From the IMG/VR virus record IMGVR_UViG_3300038393_003162, positions 148,407-212,406 of that record: a DNA stretch of 64,000 nt. One strand, given 5' to 3'. How positions within the stretch are numbered: position 1 is the stretch's first letter; each line of letters starts with the position of its first letter. A model generated the notes under the pieces. That model made no database searches and was not told where the DNA came from. It was given only the letters and a program-made list of their open reading frames with translations. This document shows positions 10,440 to 21,036 of this stretch, in pieces. The position numbers and the translations under genes are program-made. This stretch comes from a virus. Taxonomy: Duplodnaviria > Heunggongvirae > Uroviricota > Caudoviricetes.

Positions 10440-11206
10440 ATGAATATCCTTCTGTTTTTATTGTACCATGACTTGAAGATGTTTTCGGCATTGCCGAGGG
10501 AAATCCTCATATTCGTATCGCTCAGGTCCTTGCTCTTATGCGTCAGCGGGTTGGTCAAACCTTCGACCATGCCGGAAATACAATAGAGGTAATCGACGTT
10601 GCCGGTGTTCTGATAAGCGATCGAAAAGAAATCGAAATGATTCTTGGCGCGGCTCTTCAGATCTCTGCCGCCTATGAAATGCGACTCCAGGATCGTTTCC
10701 GGATGCGACCGAGTCACCATATAAAGGTCACGGTATTTCGCGTAGCAGAAGAAATTACCCCGGACCACATGGTCACCGATCGGCTGTTCTTCCATTAAGT
10801 TTACCGCCTTATATCCGGCTCTGTCCAAATCTTTGTAATGCTTGATATCCGGACAAGGATCATCCTGGTAGCGGAAGTTCTTGATGATGTCCATGTCGAA
10901 GACCTTGAGTGCCATGATCTTTCGCGCCGTCAAGGTGTCCCACAAGGGAAACAAGAGTGAATGCCATCCCGAGGGATGCTTGTCGATGGCTGACGTGATC
11001 CGTTCCATGAACCCTAGATAAAGGATCATGTCGGCGTCCAGAGGAACAAGATATTTGGTCTTGCATAGATCGAACATCTTGTTCAAAGCAACCGACGCTG
11101 GCGTGATGTTCCTGACCTCTTGAAATGTCACCTTATCCGGATAAGCCCTGACCCCCGTTCGGAACGCCTCCAGACACTCTTTCTCGGTCTCTTCCCCACA
11201 CGTCAT
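10436..11206 (-). CDS. putative glycosyltransferase (paralog family P2)
   Basis: CGEETEKECLEAF and VPLDADMILY motifs shared with 16942..17697; start trimmed to an internal Met to remove the overlap with the MTase. Confidence 0.45.
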   Translation of the reverse strand: MTCGEETEKECLEAFRTGVRAYPDKVTFQEVRNITPASVALNKMFDLCKTKYLVPLDADMILYLGFMERITSAIDKHPSGWHSLLFPLWDTLTARKIMALKVFDMDIIKNFRYQDDPCPDIKHYKDLDRAGYKAVNLMEEQPIGDHVVRGNFFCYAKYRDLYMVTRSHPETILESHFIGGRDLKSRAKNHFDFFSIAYQNTGNVDYLYCISGMVEGLTNPLTHKSKDLSDTNMRISLGNAENIFKSWYNKNRRIFM

Positions 11207-11220
11207 TAAAGTAAATGTAA

Positions 11221-12159
11221 TCAATGCACTGAATCCAATTTTAATGTATATTCGACAAACTCGATTTCTAATGCTTGCCTCGCCTCCTGCGGGGAACATA
11301 CTCCAAAAAATTTCTTCATCAGGGCATCATAGGCAAATGTGTTCTCAACGAAGAACCGGTCAAGAGGCTCGGATATGATTTCTTCATTCTTGATGCTGAA
11401 CCCCGACAAGGTAAACCATTGGCGATAACTGGAGAGCGGGTTCAGCCACTTCATGACATGCTCGGGACGAATCCCTCTGGCATGGCTCTCGGCTTCGTCA
11501 AGCACGAGATGGGCATATGCCTTGTTATACTGCCTGTAGTAGTGTCCCCCATGCTTCGAAGTCCAAGGGTGGCAACTGGCGTAGACCGTGCCGCCTGGTG
11601 CCAGCAATTGCCCGACAAGCATCAATACGCTCACGGGATCATCGCAATGATCAAGTACATCATACATCAAGATCACGTCGAATCCCTTGGGTTCCAACTC
11701 TGCAATATAATTGACAAACCTCAGCCGGGGACTCGCACTGGTTAATGATATAGGCTTGATGTCATATCCTACCGACAACGCTGCCCCGCGATCCAGAACA
11801 CACCGAGCAATGTGACCTTCGCCGCAACCAAAATCAAGAAACCTGGCGTCTTTCAGATTGGTCTCAATGATCGAGTCTATGATCCCTTCGGCACGAATCA
11901 TCTTATCTTCATCATTCTCATGAGAACAAAGTGAGAACCCATCGATTGCCTCGGGCCAGTCGGGTCCGTCGATCAATTGGAAAATTGACGGAGGCGACAC
12001 GACCCTTTCTGTGACCAATTCCTGATTTCCGACCCGTATCCTGCACGCCCCGCCATTCACCTTGACGTTGACCGTGGGATTGGAACTAATCTCCTTTTTT
12101 AGTTGCTGGAGAGAGTCTTCGATCGTCTTGATCAATTCGTTGACTTTGATTACATCCAT
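11221..12159 (-). CDS. class I SAM-dependent methyltransferase (paralog family M)
   Basis: LDFGCGEGHIARC motif I; YASCHPWTSKHGGHYY C-terminal motif. Confidence 0.65.
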   Translation of the reverse strand: MDVIKVNELIKTIEDSLQQLKKEISSNPTVNVKVNGGACRIRVGNQELVTERVVSPPSIFQLIDGPDWPEAIDGFSLCSHENDEDKMIRAEGIIDSIIETNLKDARFLDFGCGEGHIARCVLDRGAALSVGYDIKPISLTSASPRLRFVNYIAELEPKGFDVILMYDVLDHCDDPVSVLMLVGQLLAPGGTVYASCHPWTSKHGGHYYRQYNKAYAHLVLDEAESHARGIRPEHVMKWLNPLSSYRQWFTLSGFSIKNEEIISEPLDRFFVENTFAYDALMKKFFGVCSPQEARQALEIEFVEYTLKLDSVH

Positions 12160-13103
12160 TCGGACATCTCCGCTAATGCCTTCTTGACGAATTGCTTGGT
12201 CTTCGTGCGATTCATGGGCGTCTCTTTCTCGGTTATCTTAGCAATTGCCGGAGATCCCACATCTTCCCCGAAACTATAGGCGTACTCATGGGACGATAAA
12301 CATCGTGCCTCATCCTCGTTATACATCATCTCGTGCTGGCTCTCGCCCGACAATGCCACTGCCTCGATGATGTGACACGAGGAATTCTTCAATTCAAGCA
12401 ATACCTCTGCACACAATTTCATATCGACACAGCAGACATCTTTAGGACATATAAAAGTTCCCTTGGGTATCTTACCGTCCAGGAGTGCGCGTACCAGACA
12501 TTGGGCTGCTTGATTCGCGGTCATGCCGAAGCGGATCGCCGGTTTACCGTCGAAGAGCCTGAGGTGGATATCTTCCTTGCGGTCGAGCTTCTTGGTCCAG
12601 ATGGGCAATACTGACCCGTCGGAGCCAAACAAGTTGCCGAAGCGAATGGAGTGGATCTTGCCGGAAACCCGCTTGCTGTATTCCCAGACCAATCGCTCCG
12701 ACAGATACTTGCACATGCCATAGACCTGGTTTCGATGGCATGCCTTGTCGGAACTTACCAGGATCGCGTGGGTGATCTGGTCGCCTATTGCTTCAATAGC
12801 CCCTAGAACGCTCTCAGTGCCTGCCAGAACGCTCGCCACGGCGAGTGAGGGGTTTTGCTCGCAGATGTCCACGTGCTTCAGGGCAGCCGTGTGAACGACG
12901 CCTGTGATCTTGTGGGACTTCATGATGTGCTTGAGTCGTTGAGAATCTTGCACATCTCCAATTTCCCTGATACAATCAGGACAATATTTTAATTGCCTCG
13001 ATGGATCTCGACTGTATGCGACCACTTGGTGCTTACTTTCGATCAATTGCTTACAAACTGCCCGTCCTAACGTCCCCGACGCGCCCGTGACTAGGATATT
13101 CAT
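12150..13103 (-). CDS. NAD-dependent sugar epimerase/dehydratase (CapD/PseB-like, short-chain dehydrogenase/reductase family)
   Basis: N-terminal Rossmann ILVTGASGTLG; YGMCK (YxxxK); overall similarity to UDP-GlcNAc 4,6-dehydratases. Confidence 0.7.
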   Translation of the reverse strand: MNILVTGASGTLGRAVCKQLIESKHQVVAYSRDPSRQLKYCPDCIREIGDVQDSQRLKHIMKSHKITGVVHTAALKHVDICEQNPSLAVASVLAGTESVLGAIEAIGDQITHAILVSSDKACHRNQVYGMCKYLSERLVWEYSKRVSGKIHSIRFGNLFGSDGSVLPIWTKKLDRKEDIHLRLFDGKPAIRFGMTANQAAQCLVRALLDGKIPKGTFICPKDVCCVDMKLCAEVLLELKNSSCHIIEAVALSGESQHEMMYNEDEARCLSSHEYAYSFGEDVGSPAIAKITEKETPMNRTKTKQFVKKALAEMSEWM

Positions 13104-13345
13104 CAGAATCCCAATTCCTCCAGTACCAATTTACAATTGCCTTTATTTTTAGAATATAATTCACGATGCTGAATTGACAGAAGAATTTTTCGAACTTGTC
13201 GGATGCCATAAGCCATACAGCCATCCCAATCATCTTTATAAATTGCTTGATCCCCATTGAATAACCAACCCGATGCGACCAAAGTGGTTTTCTCATAGGA
13301 CGACAGAGGGTAATTCATGTATTCAAAATACTGTTCGTTTGTCAT
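13103..13345 (-). CDS. hypothetical protein (80 aa)
   Basis: Small intact ORF. Confidence 0.3.
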   Translation of the reverse strand: MTNEQYFEYMNYPLSSYEKTTLVASGWLFNGDQAIYKDDWDGCMAYGIRQVRKILLSIQHRELYSKNKGNCKLVLEELGF

Positions 13346-13356
13346 TATTCTATTTC

Positions 13357-14190
13357 TTAAATAAATGGAATTGTTTCGTGAAATATTTGTTTGTATCTGA
13401 TCCAGGATCGGTGTAAAGAAGTACGATTCCCTTGCACAAAGTGACAGCCATATTCATCTCCTGCGATTCTCGGGGGATCGCCCGCGAGTAATTCTCGGAT
13501 TTCTTCTTTTTTGATGCGAATATTAGGATGGCTCTGGATCACAGCCATCAGAAGCCCTTGTTCATCTTCTTGGGTGATTCTTCTGTGTCGCCCATTACTT
13601 TCCCAGGTTTGTCGTATTTTCGCACCAAAGTCATAACCGGGCGGGAATCCCATAAGACCACTATTGATATGATCTTCGAGCGGAATCAGAGCTGCAAATC
13701 GCCCGTAATATCGCACAGGCTCTTCTAAAATAAGAGTCTTGTGGGAATGAAGAAATTCTTCAATCTGGGGAAGTTTTTTCAGGAGGACCAGATCGTTATC
13801 CATGACTACTTCGTGAGACTCGATCCGCATCCTAGGCGGGCAGACCTTCCAGAGAGTACCGCCGCACGAACTACCGTCAAGCTCGACCGTCCCATCGGGT
13901 CGAATAGGAGACCACGCTTCATCATCAATCGGGCAATCATCCCAGGACTGTCGATGCAAAGCCACGGGGCGTCCCGCCACGATCGACTGAAGGAAATCAT
14001 ATTGTTTGTCAGTCAGACCATTATGACAAATCACCCAATCCCAATTCTCTTCTCCCAATATCTTGAGAGTTCGAAAAACAGATTCCTCAAGGATTTCCAG
14101 TCCTTGTTGGGAACAACTGCCACAGGTCCATCGCCAAAGAGGTTTCATGTTTTTGGATTTTTCTACTATATTAACAGAGTTAAATCTCAA
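13357..14190 (-). CDS. putative glycosyltransferase (paralog family P3)
   Basis: KPLWRWTCGSCSQQG N-terminus and VMDNDLVLL DxD shared with 20308..21036. Confidence 0.4.
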   Translation of the reverse strand: MRFNSVNIVEKSKNMKPLWRWTCGSCSQQGLEILEESVFRTLKILGEENWDWVICHNGLTDKQYDFLQSIVAGRPVALHRQSWDDCPIDDEAWSPIRPDGTVELDGSSCGGTLWKVCPPRMRIESHEVVMDNDLVLLKKLPQIEEFLHSHKTLILEEPVRYYGRFAALIPLEDHINSGLMGFPPGYDFGAKIRQTWESNGRHRRITQEDEQGLLMAVIQSHPNIRIKKEEIRELLAGDPPRIAGDEYGCHFVQGNRTSLHRSWIRYKQIFHETIPFI

Positions 14191-14201
14191 GGAATTATAG
14201 C

Positions 14202-15113
14202 ATGATTGATGAATATTTGATTCGCATGGAAAATTACATGAAAGAGATTAAATCTCTTTTGTTAGAACTTAAAAATCAAAATGTTTATATGTCATCGAGT
14301 GAAGATAAACTTTATCTAGAAGAGTTCGATGAATTGAAAGCCTTGTTGTCAAGCAAAGAATGGCCCGAAGCCGTAGAGCCGGACATGATATGCGACCAAA
14401 ACAACGAAGAACAAGTCAAGATTCGGGCACAAGGAATTCTGGATTTCATGATCGAAGAACCATTTGCCAAGAAGAAATTCCTTGATTTCGGATGCGGCAA
14501 TGGAGCGATGGCTGAAGAGGCTTTAGAATTGGGAGCTTCCAGTAGCGTCGGTTATGATGTTGAGAAAAAATGGACCGACAAGGAACGTAAAGTGATTCTT
14601 ACGACCTCGTTAGACACCGTGAAGCAGAATGGTCCCTATGATATCATCTTGCTCTATGATGTCCTTGACCATGCCAATACCAAGCCAGAGGAAATCTTAA
14701 AACAAGTCCATTCTGTTTGTAAGCCACATGGTCGAGTTTTTGTAAGATGCCACCCTTGGTGTTCTCGTACCGCAACCCATGCCTACACGAAAGTCAACAA
14801 GGCATTCTTGCATCTCGTGTTCTCAGATATAGAATTGGTTCGTTTGGGCATCCCCTCTGGGGATTGCACCCAGAGAGCCATCCACCCACAAATGACCTAT
14901 CAACGTTGGTTCGACAAGAGCGGCTTTAAAGTCATCTCCGCATCGCCATCAACCGAAACGGTAGAGAATTTCTTCAAGGAAAACCCGATCATTTCGAAAA
15001 GAATCAAGAGTCACTGGATGACTTCGCACGATTCTAATCTCGCCAATGGTTCCCACTTCCCCGAATTCCAACTGAAGATGCAATTCATTGACTATTCAAT
15101 TTCACCGATCTAA
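14202..15113 (+). CDS. class I SAM-dependent methyltransferase (paralog family M)
   Basis: LDFGCGNGAM motif I; FVRCHPWCSRTATHAY. Confidence 0.65.
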   Translation: MIDEYLIRMENYMKEIKSLLLELKNQNVYMSSSEDKLYLEEFDELKALLSSKEWPEAVEPDMICDQNNEEQVKIRAQGILDFMIEEPFAKKKFLDFGCGNGAMAEEALELGASSSVGYDVEKKWTDKERKVILTTSLDTVKQNGPYDIILLYDVLDHANTKPEEILKQVHSVCKPHGRVFVRCHPWCSRTATHAYTKVNKAFLHLVFSDIELVRLGIPSGDCTQRAIHPQMTYQRWFDKSGFKVISASPSTETVENFFKENPIISKRIKSHWMTSHDSNLANGSHFPEFQLKMQFIDYSISPI

Positions 15114-15115
15114 TT

Positions 15116-16252
15116 TCAGTCACTAGCCAACTGTCGGCTGATGTCTATTTTCTTCAAATCCGCGTCTGCTCGGGACAAGGCAGACGCGATGGTTTGGTCC
15201 ATGTTGTAGTAACTAAAGTCAAACAATCTCCCACCTCCAATCATGTTATGTAATTTGTCCCATTCCCCTTGATACAAGACATGTCGGTTCCTAGACTCGT
15301 TACAACTGACGGGGTAGTACGGAATCTTCGTGCGGTCGTAGTCATCAGGATATTCCTTGGTAATTACCGTATGTTTGGTCTTGGCAAATTCGAAGTGCTT
15401 GTGTTCTACGATTCGAGTATAAGGTACTTCCAAATTGGTATAATTCATGATCGCTATGCCTTGGTAATCCGATTGCGATAAGGTCTCTTCCTCGAATCTC
15501 AACGACCTATATTCGAGTTCACCGAAGCGATAATCAAAGAACTCGTCAATCTTACCGGTGTAAACAACCTTCTTAGCCGACTTATTCCATTCCTCGCGAT
15601 CGTCGAAATAATCGACGCCGAGTTTCAAGTCGGCACCATCTATCATGTTCTCGAACATCTTCGTATAGCCGCCGATCGGGATACCCTCGTAAGGATCGTC
15701 AAAGTATCGGTCATTCCAGGTATAACGAATCGGAATTCGCTTCGCCGTAGAGACGGCAATCTCTGAGGGCGATTTATTCCATTGCTTGGTCGAATATCCC
15801 TGGAAAAACATCTCGTAAATCTGCCGCCCGACGCTGTTGAGGAAGTGTTCCTCCAGGTTGCGAGGACGATCATGCACCTCGCGAACAGATTCGATATGCT
15901 TCCTTGCTTCGTTAGGGCATTTGATGCCCCATAATTGATTAAAGAGGATCATGCTGGGAGGTATCGAATAGACGTGATCGTTATAAACAGCTTTGATATG
16001 AGACCTGAAATGATTAAATTCCGCAAAACGATTGACGAAATCCCATATTTTCTTGCTCTTAGTGTGGAATTGGTGAGGGCCATAGGCGTGAACTTGAATC
16101 CCTTCAACATTCTTGGTGTAACAGTTTCCGGCTATATGATCTCGTTTGTCAATAATCAATACTTTCTTGCCGTGGTCCATGACCTGTCGGGCAAAACTCG
16201 CTCCAAATATACCACAACCTACTATTAAATAATCATAATCAGTTTTCGCCAT
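15116..16252 (-). CDS. glf: UDP-galactopyranose mutase
   Basis: FAD-binding N-terminus YDYLIVGCGIFGASFA; HAYGPHQFHT, RIPIRYTWNDRYF, VPYTRIVEHKHF and EYRSLRFE all match the Glf family. Confidence 0.85.
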   Translation of the reverse strand: MAKTDYDYLIVGCGIFGASFARQVMDHGKKVLIIDKRDHIAGNCYTKNVEGIQVHAYGPHQFHTKSKKIWDFVNRFAEFNHFRSHIKAVYNDHVYSIPPSMILFNQLWGIKCPNEARKHIESVREVHDRPRNLEEHFLNSVGRQIYEMFFQGYSTKQWNKSPSEIAVSTAKRIPIRYTWNDRYFDDPYEGIPIGGYTKMFENMIDGADLKLGVDYFDDREEWNKSAKKVVYTGKIDEFFDYRFGELEYRSLRFEEETLSQSDYQGIAIMNYTNLEVPYTRIVEHKHFEFAKTKHTVITKEYPDDYDRTKIPYYPVSCNESRNRHVLYQGEWDKLHNMIGGGRLFDFSYYNMDQTIASALSRADADLKKIDISRQLASD

Positions 16253-16283
16253 GAAATATTAGAGTGTCAAACTCAAATAGGTC

Positions 16284-16949
16284 ATGACAAGAAATATACG
16301 AGTATTTGCAATGAGACGGTCGGGACACCATGCAGTGATGACATGGATTCTTAGGCAATGTCCCAATCATCATTTCAAAAATGACCCATTATGCTATGCT
16401 GACTTTTCATCTACCTCTGGCAATGGCAAAGACATATTCCTTTTCAACCTGGAAGATTGGGACCTATCAGTCCCAGCCCCAGCATCCCCAGACGACGTTG
16501 ATGTTTTGGTATTAAGAGATCCCTACAACACCTTCGCCAGCCGTATCCGCAAGAAAGAAAACTGGCCGCCCCAAGACCAGAGAGTACATTGGTCTGGTGA
16601 GAAACCGGTTTTCTTATGGAAACAACATGCCAAGGAATTCCTCCGAGACAATCCCCAATTACCCTCGGTCACAGTGGTCAATTACAACCAATGGGTTGTC
16701 GATGAAGCCTATCGTGCCGACATCGTCAAGTCATTAAACCTCGACCTTACAGACAACAGCATCGATTTCAAGGCGATGAGTGGAGCAAAGAGTGATTTTG
16801 CCGATAAGAACTACTTCGATCGCTGGAAACTTTATCGTAATAATCGAGATTTCCTCCGAATGATAAACGACGATGAACTGCGATCATTGTCAGAAAAGAT
16901 ATTTGGTCCCATTGGTAAGAATTTGCCCAAAAAACAATGCCCTATATGA
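16284..16949 (+). CDS. hypothetical protein, possibly sulfotransferase-like
   Basis: AMRRSGHHAVMTWIL P-loop-like N-terminus; weak. Confidence 0.35.
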   Translation: MTRNIRVFAMRRSGHHAVMTWILRQCPNHHFKNDPLCYADFSSTSGNGKDIFLFNLEDWDLSVPAPASPDDVDVLVLRDPYNTFASRIRKKENWPPQDQRVHWSGEKPVFLWKQHAKEFLRDNPQLPSVTVVNYNQWVVDEAYRADIVKSLNLDLTDNSIDFKAMSGAKSDFADKNYFDRWKLYRNNRDFLRMINDDELRSLSEKIFGPIGKNLPKKQCPI

Positions 16950-17697
16950 TCACATTTCTTAAGAATCGTTTCCGATAGATTTTCAAACAGTCCTCAGGAG
17001 AAATAACCATTTGCTCATTCATATCCTTAGATTTATGCATGTCCTCCGACCGGGTAAGACCATCAGTCATCCCGGCAAGACAATACAAGAAATCCGAATT
17101 GTCCGTCTTGCCGTGCTTCTCTATGAAAAACTTGTAGTCGATATACGATTTCTTACGCGCATGTTCATCGCCCCAATACAAACGATATGCTAAATACGTG
17201 TCTTTGTACCGGAAATAACATCGTTGTGGACCACGAACCACATGATCTCCAATTGGCTCTACCTGATTATACAAATTGATATTTTTGTACCCCATAGCCT
17301 CTAACCGACGATAATGCTCAATATCTGGAACCCGGACATCCTTATACGGATTTGACGCCAACACATCATGCCGCATGACCTTCAGCGACATAATCTTCCT
17401 CTCGGAAAGAGTGTCATAAAGAGGTATACAAATATGATACCAGGTTTCGTTTTTATAAGATTCTATATACTTTCGAATTCGAGTTAAGAAATCTGGGTAA
17501 AGTACAATATCGGAATCCAAGGGGATAAAATATTTGGTCTTAACCTTGTCCATAACCATATTATTCGCTGCTGCCTGAGGACGTACGTTACGAACTTCCT
17601 CGAAAGCAAAATTTGCCGATTCATGCTGGATTGCCTGAAGACATTCCTTCTCAGTGTCTTCGCCGCAAGTTATCAAGCATAATGTCAAGTCAACCAT
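16942..17697 (-). CDS. putative glycosyltransferase (paralog family P2)
   Basis: CGEDTEKECLQAI and IPLDSDIVLY; paralog of 10436..11206; start trimmed to an internal Met. Confidence 0.45.
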   Translation of the reverse strand: MVDLTLCLITCGEDTEKECLQAIQHESANFAFEEVRNVRPQAAANNMVMDKVKTKYFIPLDSDIVLYPDFLTRIRKYIESYKNETWYHICIPLYDTLSERKIMSLKVMRHDVLASNPYKDVRVPDIEHYRRLEAMGYKNINLYNQVEPIGDHVVRGPQRCYFRYKDTYLAYRLYWGDEHARKKSYIDYKFFIEKHGKTDNSDFLYCLAGMTDGLTRSEDMHKSKDMNEQMVISPEDCLKIYRKRFLRNVII

Positions 17698-17727
17698 ACA
17701 ATTTCTCTGATAAAATAAGGTGTTTAT

Positions 17728-18738
17728 ATGACGTCGGTCACCACCATAACAACAGTAGCCCAACACCCTAAAGGAGCCGACCTTCATCTAAAAAATTTAA
17801 TGTGGTCTCTGAAAAGTAAAATTCTTCTCTTCACCTTTCCATGGAATAATCTACAACCTAGAAATGGCGTAGAATACATTTATTCTAATACTTGCGGAAG
17901 CAATGGGCATTACGATTTTTATGGCAACCTGTTGTTGCCTCTCTTAGACCGTATCGATTCAGATGTCGTGCTGCTGTGTCAGCAAGATATAATGTTCACA
18001 AGGAAAATTCATGATTTGGTTCAACTATGTCATGACCACAATTCCATTATACTAGGCAAAACAAATCCCGAATATTTCGCAATCTTCGATCAATACGGAA
18101 ATATCTCTTATCCTCGCCTGTGGGAAGGCGCGATCCTTTATCCGACCAATTTCCTTCGAGAAGCCTCCAAGAAAGGCATCTCGATGAGCCATGCAATGAA
18201 CCAGGTGATCGACCAAGACAGGGAAATGGTCGACCAATACCGCCTGTACGATTGTTTTTTCAAAAACACGACCACGCACAAGCTGGTGAAGCTCGAAGAC
18301 TGGCTAAGGAAGGCACCGGATGGTTTGCCGAGATCCGAAAAACTAGTAGAATTGACCATATACAGCCGATCCACCAACCAACCTTACCGCATAGTTGATG
18401 ATTACACAGCCCACTTTCAAGGTCCTGAAAAGACCCATCGAAATATTCCAAACATCTATGAAAATCTAAACCAACTTATGACAAACCAATTGGTCGCCAG
18501 AAGATCAATCAACAATTGCGCCTTTATGTTCTATCTGGCGGAAGCCGTAGACGAAAGCCCCGATTTGGTCACGGCTCTCCTGGCAAATGAGGACAAATTC
18601 GCCCTCCGCAACTTCGTCGCCCGCGTCACAGCCATGTCGGTCCACGCCCAAGAATGGATGACCGAAGAACAATGGCGACGATTCCAGTGGGCTTACGGTA
18701 AAATCATGAAGTGCTGGAAATCAAAAACCATGATTTGA
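17728..18738 (+). CDS. hypothetical protein (336 aa)
   Basis: Long intact ORF. Confidence 0.45.
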   Translation: MTSVTTITTVAQHPKGADLHLKNLMWSLKSKILLFTFPWNNLQPRNGVEYIYSNTCGSNGHYDFYGNLLLPLLDRIDSDVVLLCQQDIMFTRKIHDLVQLCHDHNSIILGKTNPEYFAIFDQYGNISYPRLWEGAILYPTNFLREASKKGISMSHAMNQVIDQDREMVDQYRLYDCFFKNTTTHKLVKLEDWLRKAPDGLPRSEKLVELTIYSRSTNQPYRIVDDYTAHFQGPEKTHRNIPNIYENLNQLMTNQLVARRSINNCAFMFYLAEAVDESPDLVTALLANEDKFALRNFVARVTAMSVHAQEWMTEEQWRRFQWAYGKIMKCWKSKTMI

Positions 18739-19476
18739 AACTTCGTATCCCAAATATTCCATCAATTGCTTCTTCAACCGCCTGCCAGGGAAGTGGGAGG
18801 ACTGCACAAACAGCAATCCTTTATTCCATCCTTTATGATTCACTTCCGGGAATAATTTCATTTCCAACTCTGTTGTCTCAACATAAAAAGAAACAGCGTG
18901 CTCGTCTTGATTGGGCATCATCCCGTTAGCTACCAAATACTCATCATCTGAAAAATACTTCTCATGTATTTTCAGCAAAACATCGCTAAATCCCTTGCTG
19001 GGTTTGGCAATCCAGATTATTCCGCAGTTATAATGTTTCAGCACAGGACGGACAAAGGGAATTCGACTGCCTTCTTGTATGTTTTGATCAAAATAATTAT
19101 AGAGATTAAAAGAATTTTCCGTAATGATGTGATGACGCAAAAAAGGATAATGTAAAATTATATCCGTATCAAGATACATGGATGGCTCATCGAGTAAGTC
19201 CCATACAAGAAATTTATTGAGGTAATTATGAGGAAAAGAAAGACAATGGGAGATGAGCATCTTGCCCCTAGCAATCGGCTTATCCGTAATTACATGAATG
19301 TAAGACCTAGGATAAATCCTCTGCAATTGGTCCACCATGAAGTCAAATAACCGTTCCTGGACCAAACGGTGATAATTATAATCTACTCCTGATTGAAGAT
19401 CATCCCCAGCGGTCTTGTCGTACTTGATTAGGATGAAATTTTTGATCTCGGCAAATGTTTCTCGATGATACAACAT
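18721..19476 (-). CDS. putative glycosyltransferase (DxD)
   Basis: MYLDTDIILHYP DxD motif. Confidence 0.4.
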   Translation of the reverse strand: MLYHRETFAEIKNFILIKYDKTAGDDLQSGVDYNYHRLVQERLFDFMVDQLQRIYPRSYIHVITDKPIARGKMLISHCLSFPHNYLNKFLVWDLLDEPSMYLDTDIILHYPFLRHHIITENSFNLYNYFDQNIQEGSRIPFVRPVLKHYNCGIIWIAKPSKGFSDVLLKIHEKYFSDDEYLVANGMMPNQDEHAVSFYVETTELEMKLFPEVNHKGWNKGLLFVQSSHFPGRRLKKQLMEYLGYEVSNHGF

Positions 19477-20318
19477 CAGAAAATCCTGACTGGTTTGGTC
19501 TTCTGTAAGGCTAATTCCAATGTTGGGAATTGCGGCAACTTATCGAAATTGACCTTCAAGTCTTTTGCCCTCTGTAATATCTGGTTGCTCGGTCTTAGAG
19601 ACCATTGCTTGCAGAACTTCGCGGCATTATACAGATTCATGACCGCCCTGACCCGATGCTCTACAGCGTAAGGATGGTGAAGATGCAACTCATGACAATC
19701 GATAACTTCAAACTTAAACCCCTTCTGCAGGCATCTCCAGAAGAATTCGGTATCAGGGAAGCCGTATCCTTCATATCCAGGATCAATGCCGCCCGCCTCT
19801 AAATAAGTCTTCTTTAAAAATGCCGTGTTGCCGGAAATCGCATTCTTGCCATAATACACCCCCACTGACTCGAAAGGGGGAGGACAAGGAAATCTTAAAT
19901 CCACAAATGCCCGTTTCAATGTCAGTTCCCTAGAATCCCGCATCTGCCTTACAGAATCCAAGCTACAGTGATCTTTTAATTGATACAATTCTTTGCTGTA
20001 CAGATACGTATTAGGTTTCACCTGGCGAACGATGCGATTAAGATAATCTAATGGCAAAATACGATCCGAATCAAGATACAAAACTGTTTCAAATGTGGCA
20101 ATCTCGATCGCTCGCTGCCACATCATCGCCCAATTGAAATGAATGCCGGGACGGGCAACCTCGACAACTTCCCAGCCATCGGGCTGAATGTTCGTCGTGC
20201 CGTCAACGCAGAGGATTTTTTGACACGATGAAGCCCCTTCCATCTCCTCGATACATTCTTTGGCAATTAAAAATTGATCTAACCGATCTTTAGAATAAAT
20301 AACAAATATGGAAAGCAT
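19476..20318 (-). CDS. putative glycosyltransferase (paralog family P1)
   Basis: YLDSDRILPLDYL; paralog of 9201..10088. Confidence 0.45.
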   Translation of the reverse strand: MLSIFVIYSKDRLDQFLIAKECIEEMEGASSCQKILCVDGTTNIQPDGWEVVEVARPGIHFNWAMMWQRAIEIATFETVLYLDSDRILPLDYLNRIVRQVKPNTYLYSKELYQLKDHCSLDSVRQMRDSRELTLKRAFVDLRFPCPPPFESVGVYYGKNAISGNTAFLKKTYLEAGGIDPGYEGYGFPDTEFFWRCLQKGFKFEVIDCHELHLHHPYAVEHRVRAVMNLYNAAKFCKQWSLRPSNQILQRAKDLKVNFDKLPQFPTLELALQKTKPVRIF

Positions 20319-21036
20319 ATTTCGTCCTCAAGGCAAACCTATTTGGAGATGGACTCTCGGTCCAGTTAGTGACCAAGGATTTTATATACTAAAAGAATCA
20401 GTTAAAAAGATAAAACAGACATATGGCACAACATTTCAGTATGTCGTTTGTTGGAATGGTCTCACTCCAAAACAACTCGACCAACTCAAACAAATCAAGG
20501 TCGATCTCTTCCAGCAAATGCCCGACTCCCTGCCGTATCCCCCAAAGAATGAAATGTGGAAACTCTATCCGCCGCGACTCGATATGAATGTTCACGAAAT
20601 CGTTGTGGACAACGACATCGTAATCTTCGATAAAATCCCCATCATTGACCAATTCCTAGAATCTAATTTCAATCTGCTATACGAAGGCTTACACAGGTCT
20701 CTAGGCAGTTATGACAGATATGTGCCGCCAGGATTACGCATCAACTCTGGCATCTACGGCGTTCCTCCAGGATTCGATTTGAAAGCAGGTATCCTGCACC
20801 TGCTCTCAAACGACAAGACCCCCGGATGGAAAGATAGATTCGACGACCAAGGCATCATTGCTCATGTTCTTACCAAGAATGGCAATTTCCAGATACTACG
20901 CCAGTCAACCGTCCCGATCCTGGAACCTCAGATGGTCGCCCCGAAAACAGGATGTCAAGGCATGCACTTTGTTTTCGCCAACAGAATGGAGAGTCAACCA
21001 TGGAATCAATATAAACTTCGTAAATGCCTATTTTAA
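20308..21036 (+). CDS. putative glycosyltransferase (paralog family P3)
   Basis: KPIWRWTLGPVSDQG and VVDNDIVIF; paralog of 13357..14190. Confidence 0.4.
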   Translation: MESIFRPQGKPIWRWTLGPVSDQGFYILKESVKKIKQTYGTTFQYVVCWNGLTPKQLDQLKQIKVDLFQQMPDSLPYPPKNEMWKLYPPRLDMNVHEIVVDNDIVIFDKIPIIDQFLESNFNLLYEGLHRSLGSYDRYVPPGLRINSGIYGVPPGFDLKAGILHLLSNDKTPGWKDRFDDQGIIAHVLTKNGNFQILRQSTVPILEPQMVAPKTGCQGMHFVFANRMESQPWNQYKLRKCLF

